A DNA stretch of 11,758 nt from Candidatus Thorarchaeota archaeon (GCA_016840855.1 JAEORO010000127.1:1-11758), one strand, 5' to 3'; positions 1 through 7,445 are shown, counted from the first letter of the stretch. Translations and numbers: made by a program. Notes: generated by a model from the letters alone, not told the origin.

Positions 1-110
1 AGGATCATCTGAAGCTCCCAGACTGCATCAGCGAGATTCTTCTCGTTAAGCTCTCTCGTTGTAGCTTTTGTGACAGCTGTATCGAGTGCTCCCCGGAGCT
101 TATCAAACAA
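1..110 (-). CDS. ftsY: Signal recognition particle receptor FtsY, N-terminal part (runs off the window edge)
   Basis: Not in the ORF track. My translation from TTG at 110 gives MFDKLRGALDTAVTKATTRELNEKNLADAVWELQMI, a typical archaeal FtsY N-terminus. It lies directly downstream of pfdA, the conserved position. Confidence 0.85.
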   Translation of the reverse strand, partial: MFDKLRGALDTAVTKATTRELNEKNLADAVWELQMI

Positions 111-114
111 TAAG

Positions 115-564
115 CTACTCCTCCTTGCTTGGGAGTTTTGCATCCTGAATTTCTGCAGCTAACTGCTGAAATTGAGCGTTTAGATTTGATGCATACGCAA
201 TTAATCTTTGGTATTCTTGAGTGAGCGCCTCATATTGTTTCTCCAAGCTTGACACAGCTTCAATAATTGCTGCTTTTGCGTCTGCAATGTTTTGCTCTAT
301 ACGGACTCCATTCCCAATCCCACGGATCACTTTGTTCGGATCCACAAGCTTAGCTTGGACAAAGATACTACCTCCCACGTTCATGAGCATCTCTTCACCT
401 TCTTCTCTTTTCTCAATCTCTTCTAGAACCAAGAGCCCAGAACGATAATTTGTGATGTACACTTGGACAACTTCGATGCGTTGCTGTAGAAGATTGATGC
501 TTGACTCCATTATCTGTTGCTCGTTGTATATCTTCTCGAGCTTAACCTGTGGATCTTCTTTCAT
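115..564 (-). CDS. pfdA: Prefoldin subunit alpha
   Basis: Coiled coil / beta-hairpin / coiled coil layout with NVGGSIFVQAKL and VIRGIGNGVRIE. Conserved position after rpl18a, with start overlapping the rpl18a stop (TAATG). Confidence 0.93.
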   Translation of the reverse strand: MKEDPQVKLEKIYNEQQIMESSINLLQQRIEVVQVYITNYRSGLLVLEEIEKREEGEEMLMNVGGSIFVQAKLVDPNKVIRGIGNGVRIEQNIADAKAAIIEAVSSLEKQYEALTQEYQRLIAYASNLNAQFQQLAAEIQDAKLPSKEE

Positions 565-806
565 TAGAATTCGGTCTCCAACCCTAGCAATTTTCTAAGT
601 TCCAAGCTTGTGACATCTTCAGGTTTAATCTCTTTGATTTCAGTGAAGTAAATGTCCTTTCGTTTCACTCTATGCCGACTACCCAACTCAGAAAGGATTC
701 TCTCCTTCACATGCGTGTCCTTATCAGCAAGTAGTTCTCTGGTAAAGGTGAAGGTTCTCTTACTCTTCTTGTATGACCCTATTGCTCGCCAAATTTTTGA
801 ACTCAT
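564..806 (-). CDS. rpl18a: 50S ribosomal protein L18Ae/LX (eL20)
   Basis: ERILSELGSRHRVKRKDIYFTEIKEI motif, GAGGTG SD upstream, lies between eIF6 and pfdA. Confidence 0.93.
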   Translation of the reverse strand: MSSKIWRAIGSYKKSKRTFTFTRELLADKDTHVKERILSELGSRHRVKRKDIYFTEIKEIKPEDVTSLELRKLLGLETEF

Positions 807-822
807 CTAGGTAACACCTCAT

Positions 823-1488
823 CTATACAAATCCCAAAACCTGACTGATGTGTGCTAGTTCTACACCAGTTGTATCAGTCCCTGCTATCATTCCATCAGT
901 ATTAGCTAGCACACCCAGACTAGTGTATGGGCTTCCTCTGTTCACTGTTCCAACTTCTACGTGTACTTTTAACAGCTGTGCTAGTAGTTCAATCTCACCA
1001 CTTGTCGCCAATGGGTGTACAATTGCTCCTTGATTTGTTGCAATAGCATTTGCTCCCACAATTGGTAACTTTGCTAGACTACCAGGTACAACCTCCACAC
1101 CTAAAGTATCTGAAATCTTTCTTCTAGATTTAAAATTAAAATCTGGATGACACATTGCACCGTTATCATTGGCAATAATGATGTTCCCAAGTGCAGTCAT
1201 CTTATCATCTAGCCAATCAACTGGGACTTCTGATGACTTTTTGAGTTGAGCAAGCTCCTCATCAGTTGTCGTATATGGGACGAGAATTCCATTTGATGTG
1301 GCTACAGAAACAAGTCCTACGGCATCCAGAGTCGCAATTGTGGTTTGAACTAAGGGTAGATTGAAAGTCCTCTCAATCATGTCTAGTCCTTTCTCTGACA
1401 TGTTTGAGCTGACGAAGATATAACGGTCAGTGGCGATTCCATATGCTCCGACATTCGAATCGCCCTCGAAGTCCGTTCGGGCGATCAA
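823..1488 (-). CDS. eif6: Translation initiation factor 6 (aIF6/eIF6)
   Basis: SNVGAYG, GTVNRGSPY and GTDTTGVEL motifs of the IF6 pentein repeats. TTG start, with GGAGG upstream at the end of rpl31e. Confidence 0.96.
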   Translation of the reverse strand: MIARTDFEGDSNVGAYGIATDRYIFVSSNMSEKGLDMIERTFNLPLVQTTIATLDAVGLVSVATSNGILVPYTTTDEELAQLKKSSEVPVDWLDDKMTALGNIIIANDNGAMCHPDFNFKSRRKISDTLGVEVVPGSLAKLPIVGANAIATNQGAIVHPLATSGEIELLAQLLKVHVEVGTVNRGSPYTSLGVLANTDGMIAGTDTTGVELAHISQVLGFV

Positions 1489-1494
1489 TGCGGA

Positions 1495-1917
1495 CTATCC
1501 CTCCGCAAGATATACGCGCACAAGATTGTCTGAGTTCTTGGTCGCTCGGATTCTTACTCTTCGTGGAGGTTTCTGAATGCCTTTTGCCCAGATTCTTTCA
1601 TTGACCTCAGGCTGGATAAGAAGTTCTTCAGGCTTCATGTGTCTCTCTACAAACTCACGGAGAATCCTGACTGATCTATTAGACCTTCGAAGTCTGGTAC
1701 CTGTCCAGTATGCTTTTCTCAATGGCACGGTATAGATTCTTTCATCGATAATCTCTTCTTCCTCTTCTGGCACCTCTTCTTCTACGGATGCTGCAACTTC
1801 CTTAGCGTCAGCTGGTGCTTCTACTTCTTCTATTTCTTCAGCCTCTTCAATCTCTTCGATTTCAGGCTCTTCTTCAGAAACCTCAACCTCTGGTTTCTTT
1901 GTCCTCTTCTTTGACAT
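1495..1917 (-). CDS. rpl31e: 50S ribosomal protein L31e with a long acidic N-terminal extension
   Basis: ERIYTVPLR and VNERIWAKGIQKPPRRVRI signatures, GGTGA SD upstream. Confidence 0.95.
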   Translation of the reverse strand: MSKKRTKKPEVEVSEEEPEIEEIEEAEEIEEVEAPADAKEVAASVEEEVPEEEEEIIDERIYTVPLRKAYWTGTRLRRSNRSVRILREFVERHMKPEELLIQPEVNERIWAKGIQKPPRRVRIRATKNSDNLVRVYLAEG

Positions 1918-1931
1918 CTATGCTCACCTGA

Positions 1932-2087
1932 TTATGGTTTTAGCTTTGTCTGACGCCAGTTTCGCTGCCCGGGTGTCCTTCTCAGTTTTCCGCCAGTTTT
2001 AACAACGACCCATGTAGGTACTGAAGAGTTGCTTCTCATGGCTTTTGCCATCCTCAGCTTTTTTGCTAGTGGTTTGTTCCGTGCCAT
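1932..2087 (-). CDS. rpl39e: 50S ribosomal protein L39e (51 aa)
   Basis: Not in the ORF track. My translation is [59 protein letters not shown] upstream and canonical position before rpl31e. Confidence 0.95.
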   Translation of the reverse strand: MARNKPLAKKLRMAKAMRSNSSVPTWVVVKTGGKLRRTPGQRNWRQTKLKP

Positions 2088-2109
2088 ATTATTCACCTTT
2101 AGCAGCTAT

Positions 2110-2439
2110 CTATCTGAATGATATTTTTCTTTCACGTTCCTTTCCCTGAAGTTGTTGCAGGAGTCCTTTCAGCTGTTCATCAGTCACTCGTGCTCTAAGC
2201 CGTCCCGATGTCGCCAATTGGATGAGCTGCAGCTCAATTTGTTCGGCAAACTGAGGTTTGACCATTCGAATATTCGTCAATCGAGCCCGCGCCTCAGGAG
2301 TGAGAATCTGTCTAAGCAGAGCCTCCTTCTGTGCCTGGACTTCAGCAGCTTGTTGTTCACTGGCTTGTTCCCTGAGTGCCTGCTCTCGAAGTTGTGCCTC
2401 CTTTCTTTGACGGATTGCTTCGAGTTCGTCATCACTCAT
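2110..2439 (-). CDS. PDCD5/TFAR19-family dsDNA-binding protein
   Basis: DELEAIRQRK and LRQILTPEARARLTNIRMVKPQFAEQIELQLIQL motifs, canonical position after rps19e. Confidence 0.93.
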   Translation of the reverse strand: MSDDELEAIRQRKEAQLREQALREQASEQQAAEVQAQKEALLRQILTPEARARLTNIRMVKPQFAEQIELQLIQLATSGRLRARVTDEQLKGLLQQLQGKERERKISFR

Positions 2440-2457
2440 TATGCCTTGTCACCCGGC

Positions 2458-2910
2458 TTAGTACTTCTCCAGTTCTGGGATTGCCTGTGAGAGTTCCTTC
2501 ATGAGAGCTGATGACAGTTTGTCCATGTATGACCTTCCAATGTCAGTCATATCACGACCCTTAGTTCCTTGTTTTTTAACGAAACCAGCTCTTTCCAGCT
2601 GCTGTAGAGCAGTCCTTACTATTGCTCCACTACCCTTCTGGAATATATTCGGTTTCACGCCGCGTCTTTTCCTGCCTCCATATACGATACGCAATTTTTC
2701 AGTTCCAATTGGTCCGTTCAAGTATACCTTGCGGAGAATACTTGCGCATCTGACATACCAGAAATCTGAATCCTCAGGAGCTCGTTCTTTATGGGCACCA
2801 GTTTTAGCAAATGGCATCCAATCTGGAACTGCGATCTCCTCTCTGGACTTCAGGTCCTGAGCAAGTCGTCGTATGAGGATATTTGCAGGAATATCGTAGA
2901 CTGTAGGCAT
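2458..2910 (-). CDS. rps19e: 30S ribosomal protein S19e
   Basis: MPTVYD, KTGAHKERAP, WYVRCASILRKVY, YGGRKRRG, GSGAIVRTALQQLE. Confidence 0.97.
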   Translation of the reverse strand: MPTVYDIPANILIRRLAQDLKSREEIAVPDWMPFAKTGAHKERAPEDSDFWYVRCASILRKVYLNGPIGTEKLRIVYGGRKRRGVKPNIFQKGSGAIVRTALQQLERAGFVKKQGTKGRDMTDIGRSYMDKLSSALMKELSQAIPELEKY

Positions 2911-3012
2911 AGGTCTGTCACCAATCTCATTGAGAACAAGTCATCTCACTCATGTTCAGTAGATGACCTACCTCAAAAGGCTGGAGTCACCGTCAAGAGT
3001 CCGCATAAAAGA
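2911..3012 (-). promoter_or_regulatory. Putative rps19e promoter (TTTTAT near 3005-3010) and ~70-nt structured 5' leader with GGTGA SD
   Basis: TATA-like TTTTATG on the minus strand, hairpin at 2938-2969, SD GGTGA at 2918-2922. Confidence 0.5.
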
Positions 3013-3035
3013 TTATCGTTGTGTTGGACTTTTTG

Positions 3036-3320
3036 TCACTCTGAACTCTTCATCGTTCTACTCTTATAGATGACCGCTGTGTTGCCACGGAATCCAGCTA
3101 ATTTAGCTCCTGTTTTTTCACACAATGATTCTACGAGGTCTATCTTGCTTGTTTCTCCAATAGCAGTTCGAAGGACTCGAATCTTCATATACTGATGTTT
3201 CTTTAGTAATCTCAATGCTTCCTTGACGACGCTCTCTGAAACTCCCCCCTTACCTATTTGCATCATAGCCGGATCTTGCCATGCAATCTTTATCCTCTCT
3301 GGGTCTTTATTATCTCGCAT
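3036..3320 (-). CDS. yhbY: YhbY/CRM-domain RNA-binding protein
   Basis: PAMMQIGKGGV, KKHQYMKIRVL and GFRGNTAVIYK fit the CRS1/YhbY pattern. Conserved position between rpp21 and rps19e. Confidence 0.88.
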   Translation of the reverse strand: MRDNKDPERIKIAWQDPAMMQIGKGGVSESVVKEALRLLKKHQYMKIRVLRTAIGETSKIDLVESLCEKTGAKLAGFRGNTAVIYKSRTMKSSE

Positions 3321-3358
3321 ATGAATTCACAAGTCTCGCTGCTGGAACACGTATTAAA

Positions 3359-3694
3359 CTATGCTTTCCTATCACATCCTGTGATGTAGTATCTTACAAA
3401 ATCGCCACAATTGGTGCAAGTCATTACAACATGTCGTGATCGATTACTTCTAACACGTATTCTACTTGTTCGCCCAGGAATTAGTATTGCTCCGCAAGAC
3501 TTGCATACTCTCCTGCTTATAGAGCGAGGTAACTTTGTCCTAGTCTTTTGAGCAATCTTACGAGCACTCCTCATCTGCTCTCTTGCAATCTCAAGTTGGC
3601 CTGCTCTTGTTGACTTTTGTGCCTGTTCCCATAGAATACTGATTCGTTCCTTTGAGAGTTGCCTCTCCTTCGATCTGGGATATTTTCGTGGCAA
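3359..3694 (-). CDS. rnp4: Ribonuclease P protein component 4 (Rpp21/Rpr2)
   Basis: SKERISIL, then RRVCKSC...LIPG...RIRVR...TCTNCG zinc ribbon. TTG start with GAGG upstream. Confidence 0.93.
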   Translation of the reverse strand: MPRKYPRSKERQLSKERISILWEQAQKSTRAGQLEIAREQMRSARKIAQKTRTKLPRSISRRVCKSCGAILIPGRTSRIRVRSNRSRHVVMTCTNCGDFVRYYITGCDRKA

Positions 3695-3726
3695 GACTAG
3701 ACCTCAATCACTCTATACAGTGATTC

Positions 3727-3740
3727 AAACTGCTTAAATC
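3727..3740. promoter_or_regulatory. TATA-like element in the 79-bp divergent rnp4/nep1 intergenic region
   Basis: AAACTGCTTAAATC about 35 bp upstream of nep1. The same GCTTAAATC occurs at 4775-4783 upstream of tRNA-Gly. Confidence 0.5.
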
Positions 3741-3773
3741 GTTCGTGTTTAACAACTCTATTGGAGACCTCTC

Positions 3774-4490
3774 ATGCTACACATCATTCTCCTAGACTCC
3801 GCACTTGAATTAGTACCTAGGGAAATCACGACTCTAAAACAAATTCAGAAACACGCAGCACGCCGTGGGAAAAAGTCCTCAGAGCTGCTGCTCGATCAGA
3901 CCCATCATGGCCAATCCATGATACGACTCTCTCAGAATGAACGACGAGGTCGCCCGGATATCACATACATCAGTCTGTTATCAATTCTTGAAACACCTCT
4001 CTGCAAGGAAGGTCTTCTCAGTGTACATCTTCATCTTCAAGATGGACAAATTGTTGAGATCCAGCCAGATGTTAGACTACCTCGTAACTATGACCGATTT
4101 GTGGGGCTAATGGAACAACTTCTTCTTCAAGGTCGTGTTCCTCCACAGGGTGATCCACTTTTACAAATCGTCAATATCTCTCTTGAAGATTTGATAAAGA
4201 AATTAAAAGCAGGGAATGACACTGCATTAACACTCTTGGCAAGTGAAGGCGCAGAAAAGACTTCAGTCAACGAGCTTAGCAGTCTGTTGCCTCAAGATTC
4301 CTCTGTTCCTGTGATTGTAGGGATTGGGTCGTTCCCTCATGGTGTTCTATCAGAAGCGATTACTTCTTTGTTCAACAGGCGTTTGGAACTTGACAAAGAG
4401 ATGATGATGACTTGGCATATTTGTGCAGAATTTGTTTGGCTCTATTCCCTAAGAATTGATATTGTTAAGACCAGATACTCTGTTATCTGA
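3774..4490 (+). CDS. nep1: 16S rRNA pseudouridine N1-methyltransferase Nep1/Emg1 (SPOUT)
   Basis: SALELVP, RGRPDI, RLPRNYDRFVGLMEQLL and GIGSFPHG motifs. Confidence 0.95.
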   Translation: MLHIILLDSALELVPREITTLKQIQKHAARRGKKSSELLLDQTHHGQSMIRLSQNERRGRPDITYISLLSILETPLCKEGLLSVHLHLQDGQIVEIQPDVRLPRNYDRFVGLMEQLLLQGRVPPQGDPLLQIVNISLEDLIKKLKAGNDTALTLLASEGAEKTSVNELSSLLPQDSSVPVIVGIGSFPHGVLSEAITSLFNRRLELDKEMMMTWHICAEFVWLYSLRIDIVKTRYSVI

Positions 4491-4499
4491 GAGCGCATG

Positions 4500-4697
4500 T
4501 TATATCTCGTCTAGCTTTTCCCGTTTAGCTATAATTGAAAGAATTATTGCGAATACAATCATTAGCAATCCCATAACCAGAGTAGGGATGTTTGAAAATG
4601 GATTATTCACTGGTGAAGGCAGATTAATACCTGCAACCACAATTGCCAGTGTTCCCAATAGAAGAAGCACAGGTATTGTATAACGAAAGCGGCTCAT
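4500..4697 (-). CDS. Small membrane protein of unknown function, two predicted TM helices
   Basis: Two hydrophobic stretches joined by a Pro/Asn loop, with a charged C-tail. GGAG SD precedes ATG at 4697 (TTG at 4700 is the alternative start). Confidence 0.6.
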   Translation of the reverse strand: MSRFRYTIPVLLLLGTLAIVVAGINLPSPVNNPFSNIPTLVMGLLMIVFAIILSIIAKREKLDEI

Positions 4698-4769
4698 CAA
4701 ATACTCCAGACCTTGGCATTCTGCAACTACCCAGAGGCACTATGTTTCTAACTTTTTCGCAACTTGAAC

Positions 4770-4783
4770 AATACGCTTAAATC
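4770..4783 (+). promoter_or_regulatory. TATA box of tRNA-Gly
   Basis: AATACGCTTAAATC about 30 bp upstream of the mature 5' end. Confidence 0.55.
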
Positions 4784-4809
4784 AAAACCACGAGTGGTGT
4801 GCTCTCGAA

Positions 4810-4884
4810 GCGGCCATAGTCTAGGGGTTATGATATGAGCCTTCCAAGCTCGTGACCCGGGTTCGAATCCCGGTGGCCGCACCA
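4810..4884 (+). tRNA. tRNA-Gly(TCC), intronless, CCA encoded
   Basis: Acceptor stem GCGGCCA/TGGCCGC, anticodon arm TGAGC-CTTCCAA-GCTCG (TCC at 4843-4845), T arm CCGGG-TTCGAAT-CCCGG, discriminator A, then CCA. Confidence 0.97.
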
Positions 4885-4963
4885 CTCCTCATTCTTCTAC
4901 TCAGTTATATAGCGCAATCCTTTTGTTAGCACTAGTCACAGACGACAGAAGGCGAAGACTTCC

Positions 4964-6976
4964 ATGGAATCACTGATACATAATGGCATACTTGTCATCG
5001 AACCACCTGAACCACATAACCTCTCTATTAGGGCAAGAAACAGAGAGATTCTCCTTACACAATTCCAAGAAGAGATGGCGGTGGCTTGGGTCAAGAAACT
5101 AGGAACGCCTTACGTTGAAGACCAAGTCTTTGCAAAGAACTTCATGACTGATTTCAGCAAGGCTCTCGGAATAACTCCTGTTCTTGAAGTTGATGAGGTC
5201 GACTTTAGTGAAGTGATTCGTGTAGTAGAGGAAGAACGTGTAGCGAAGGAAAACATGACACCTGAGGAAAAGAAGGCCGTCCGTGAGGAGCGTAAAATAC
5301 TACGAGAACAGCTGAAGGAAAAATATGGCTACGCTCTTGTTGATGATGAAAGAATGGAACTCGGGAACTATCAGACTGAACCATCTGGTATCTTCATGGG
5401 GCGTGGAGAACATCCCCTGAGAGGTCGGTGGAAACAAGGTGCCACAAAGAAGGACATCACTTTGAATATTAGTCCGGAGGGCAAAGCTGGTTTGGAGGGT
5501 GAATGGGGCGAGCTTGTATGGGCACCTGATACCATGTGGATTGCCAAATGGACCGATGAACTAACTGGTAAGGTGAAGTACATCTGGCTTCATGACAGCA
5601 CTCCAATCAAACAAGAACGTGAGGCGGCAAAGTTTGATCGAGCATTGCGGGTCGAACGACACATTGACGAGATTCGTGCCCATATCATGGAAGGACTCAG
5701 CTCGGACAATTCAAAGAGAAGAATGGTCGCAGCAGCATGTTACCTTATTGATCGACTCAGTCTCAGGGTTGGAGATGAGAAAGATCCCGATGAAGCAGAT
5801 ACAGTGGGAGCGACCACACTCAGAGCTGAGCACTTGACATTTCGAGAAAATACTGTGATCTTTGATTTCCTTGGAAAAGACAGTGTTCGATGGCAAAAAG
5901 AAGTTGAGATGGTGCCAACTGTCTATGATGAATTAAAAGAGCTTCATGATAATGCGCTTGAGCGAGTTGAATCATTCAATAAAAGAACGGGCAAGAAGAC
6001 TCGAGGGGATCCTAAGAAGATAGCTCAGTTATTCCCAACTGTCGGAAGTACTCATGTGAACAGGTTTCTTAGCGAAGTCTATCCTGACTTGACAGCGAAA
6101 GTGTTCCGAACATATCATGCAACGATGACTATGAGAGAAGAGCTCAAAATCAGTAAAGCAAAGAAAGTGGATCCGGAATTCATAAAGAAAGAAGCCTTCA
6201 AGCGTGCAAATCTTGAGGTGGCGCGTGTGATGAACCATACAAAGCAGGCACCCAAAGGATGGAATCGTAGCTCTGAAAGATACAAGCAACGCATCAAGAA
6301 TGCTGAAATAAGAATTCAGAAAGCGGTCGCACAACTGAAAGAGAAGCAGCAACAGCTCCGAAAAGCCAAGAAAAAAGAGGATGAGCTAAGAAGAGCGAAA
6401 CAAACTCGGATCTCAAAACAGAAGGAATTTGTTGAAAAGAACATGGCTTCGGTGAGATCTTGGCGTGAGAAACGTGACAAGGCAAAGATAGCATGGGATA
6501 ATGCCAGAGCGCAGAAGAGTCGAACACGAACCAGCAAGCGCAAGGGAAAATCCACCAAAAAAGAGCGATTGGAAGAAGCACAGGAACGAATAGATCGTAC
6601 TCGCGACCGTCTGGACAAGGCTGAAGCTGGATTAGAAAGTGCTCGTGTGCGATATCAGAAAAGCAAGGAATCTATAGAAAAACAACAGAACAATCTCAAC
6701 CTGTGGAAGGAAAATTCTGTAAAACGATTGACCAAAGCGGAGAGAGCTGTTGAAACTTACAAGGAACGTGTTGAGAAGGCAGAACTTGCCAAAAAGAAGA
6801 TTGAGGTCGATTTTGCACTTGCTAGGGACTCTCGCACGTGGAATCTTGGAACATCACTCAAATCATATATTCATCCAAAAGTTGTATACAAATGGTGTAA
6901 CAAGGTAGACTATGATTGGAAAAAGGTCTATACAAAGACACTTCAAAGGAAATTCGAGGGCTGGATTGACAAGTAG
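4964..6976 (+). CDS. top1: DNA topoisomerase IB, eukaryote-like long form
   Basis: Core motif EPSGIFMGRGEHPLRG and GKVKYIWL. Catalytic pentad R268 (LRVGDEK), K305 (FLGKDS), R382 (TAKVFRTY), H425 (MNHTK), Y635 (LGTSLKSYIHP). TATA-like TTATATA at 4905-4911. Confidence 0.96.
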   Translation: MESLIHNGILVIEPPEPHNLSIRARNREILLTQFQEEMAVAWVKKLGTPYVEDQVFAKNFMTDFSKALGITPVLEVDEVDFSEVIRVVEEERVAKENMTPEEKKAVREERKILREQLKEKYGYALVDDERMELGNYQTEPSGIFMGRGEHPLRGRWKQGATKKDITLNISPEGKAGLEGEWGELVWAPDTMWIAKWTDELTGKVKYIWLHDSTPIKQEREAAKFDRALRVERHIDEIRAHIMEGLSSDNSKRRMVAAACYLIDRLSLRVGDEKDPDEADTVGATTLRAEHLTFRENTVIFDFLGKDSVRWQKEVEMVPTVYDELKELHDNALERVESFNKRTGKKTRGDPKKIAQLFPTVGSTHVNRFLSEVYPDLTAKVFRTYHATMTMREELKISKAKKVDPEFIKKEAFKRANLEVARVMNHTKQAPKGWNRSSERYKQRIKNAEIRIQKAVAQLKEKQQQLRKAKKKEDELRRAKQTRISKQKEFVEKNMASVRSWREKRDKAKIAWDNARAQKSRTRTSKRKGKSTKKERLEEAQERIDRTRDRLDKAEAGLESARVRYQKSKESIEKQQNNLNLWKENSVKRLTKAERAVETYKERVEKAELAKKKIEVDFALARDSRTWNLGTSLKSYIHPKVVYKWCNKVDYDWKKVYTKTLQRKFEGWIDK

Positions 6977-7387
6977 CTACCTCAAAATTCTCTCTTTGAT
7001 TCTTTTCTTAATCTCATCACTTGTTTCTCTGAACTTGAAGAGAATCTCGTCATATGTTCCTTGGAACGCTGCAGGGTCCTCAAGAGACCAATGTTCCATC
7101 TGCTTGGCACTTGGAAAATATGGGCATGACTCTCTTGCGTTGTCGCAGACAGTAACAACAAGATCAAACTTTTGATTCACGAAGTCATCAATGAGTTTAG
7201 TATGAAGGCTGTCGGTTGAGATACCTATCTCTTCGAGAACTTCTAGAACAAATTTGTTGACCTCTGACTTAGGTTTCGTGCCTGCGCTATGAACTTCGTA
7301 TTCCGCTCCACCGAGGTGTCTGAGCAGAGCTTCTGCCATCTGACTTCTGGCTGAATTACCTGTACAGACGAAGAGAACTCGGCGCAT
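6977..7387 (-). CDS. arsC: Arsenate reductase ArsC (LMW-PTP fold, thioredoxin type)
   Basis: VLFVCTGNSARSQMAE P-loop, VTVCDNARESCP with two resolving Cys, and HWSLEDP. Likely start is ATG 7387 rather than the track's 7435. Confidence 0.85.
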   Translation of the reverse strand: MRRVLFVCTGNSARSQMAEALLRHLGGAEYEVHSAGTKPKSEVNKFVLEVLEEIGISTDSLHTKLIDDFVNQKFDLVVTVCDNARESCPYFPSAKQMEHWSLEDPAAFQGTYDEILFKFRETSDEIKKRIKERILR

Positions 7388-7445
7388 GTTCAAATGATTG
7401 GTATATTGCTTTTCAATGGTACGCAAAAGAAACAAAGTTACTCTT

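Noticed and set aside
1745-1890. Repetitive TCTTC/TTC tracts as a possible tandem repeat or CRISPR array
   Set aside because: Explained by Glu codons of the eL31 acidic extension; there is no repeat-spacer periodicity.
2944-2960. CTGA...ATGAGTGA in the rps19e leader as a C/D-box or K-turn
   Set aside because: Box order and sequence do not fit the consensus, and a plain hairpin explains the segment.
221-3069. Plus-strand ORFs 221-448, 848-1033, 2152-2490, 2501-2860 and 2791-3069
   Set aside because: Antisense shadows of well-conserved minus-strand genes, with no motifs.
4456-4683. Plus-strand 75-aa ORF
   Set aside because: Overlaps the nep1 end and is antisense to the SD-led membrane ORF, which has more convincing composition.
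4880-4889. tRNA trailer CACCACTCCT resembling the 16S anti-SD tail
   Set aside because: Only a 5-nt pyrimidine-rich match beyond CCA, too short to support a claim by itself.
5371-6618. Several small ORFs within top1, and similar ones within arsC, DUF362, amidohydrolase and GNAT
   Set aside because: Alternative-frame or antisense by-products of long, biased coding sequence.
4964-6976. TopIB read as a tRNA-adjacent integrase
   Set aside because: It has the full eukaryote-like TOP1 core and R-K-R-H-Y pentad, not the integrase HxLRH motif. No direct-repeat att copy of tRNA-Gly(TCC) is seen in the window.
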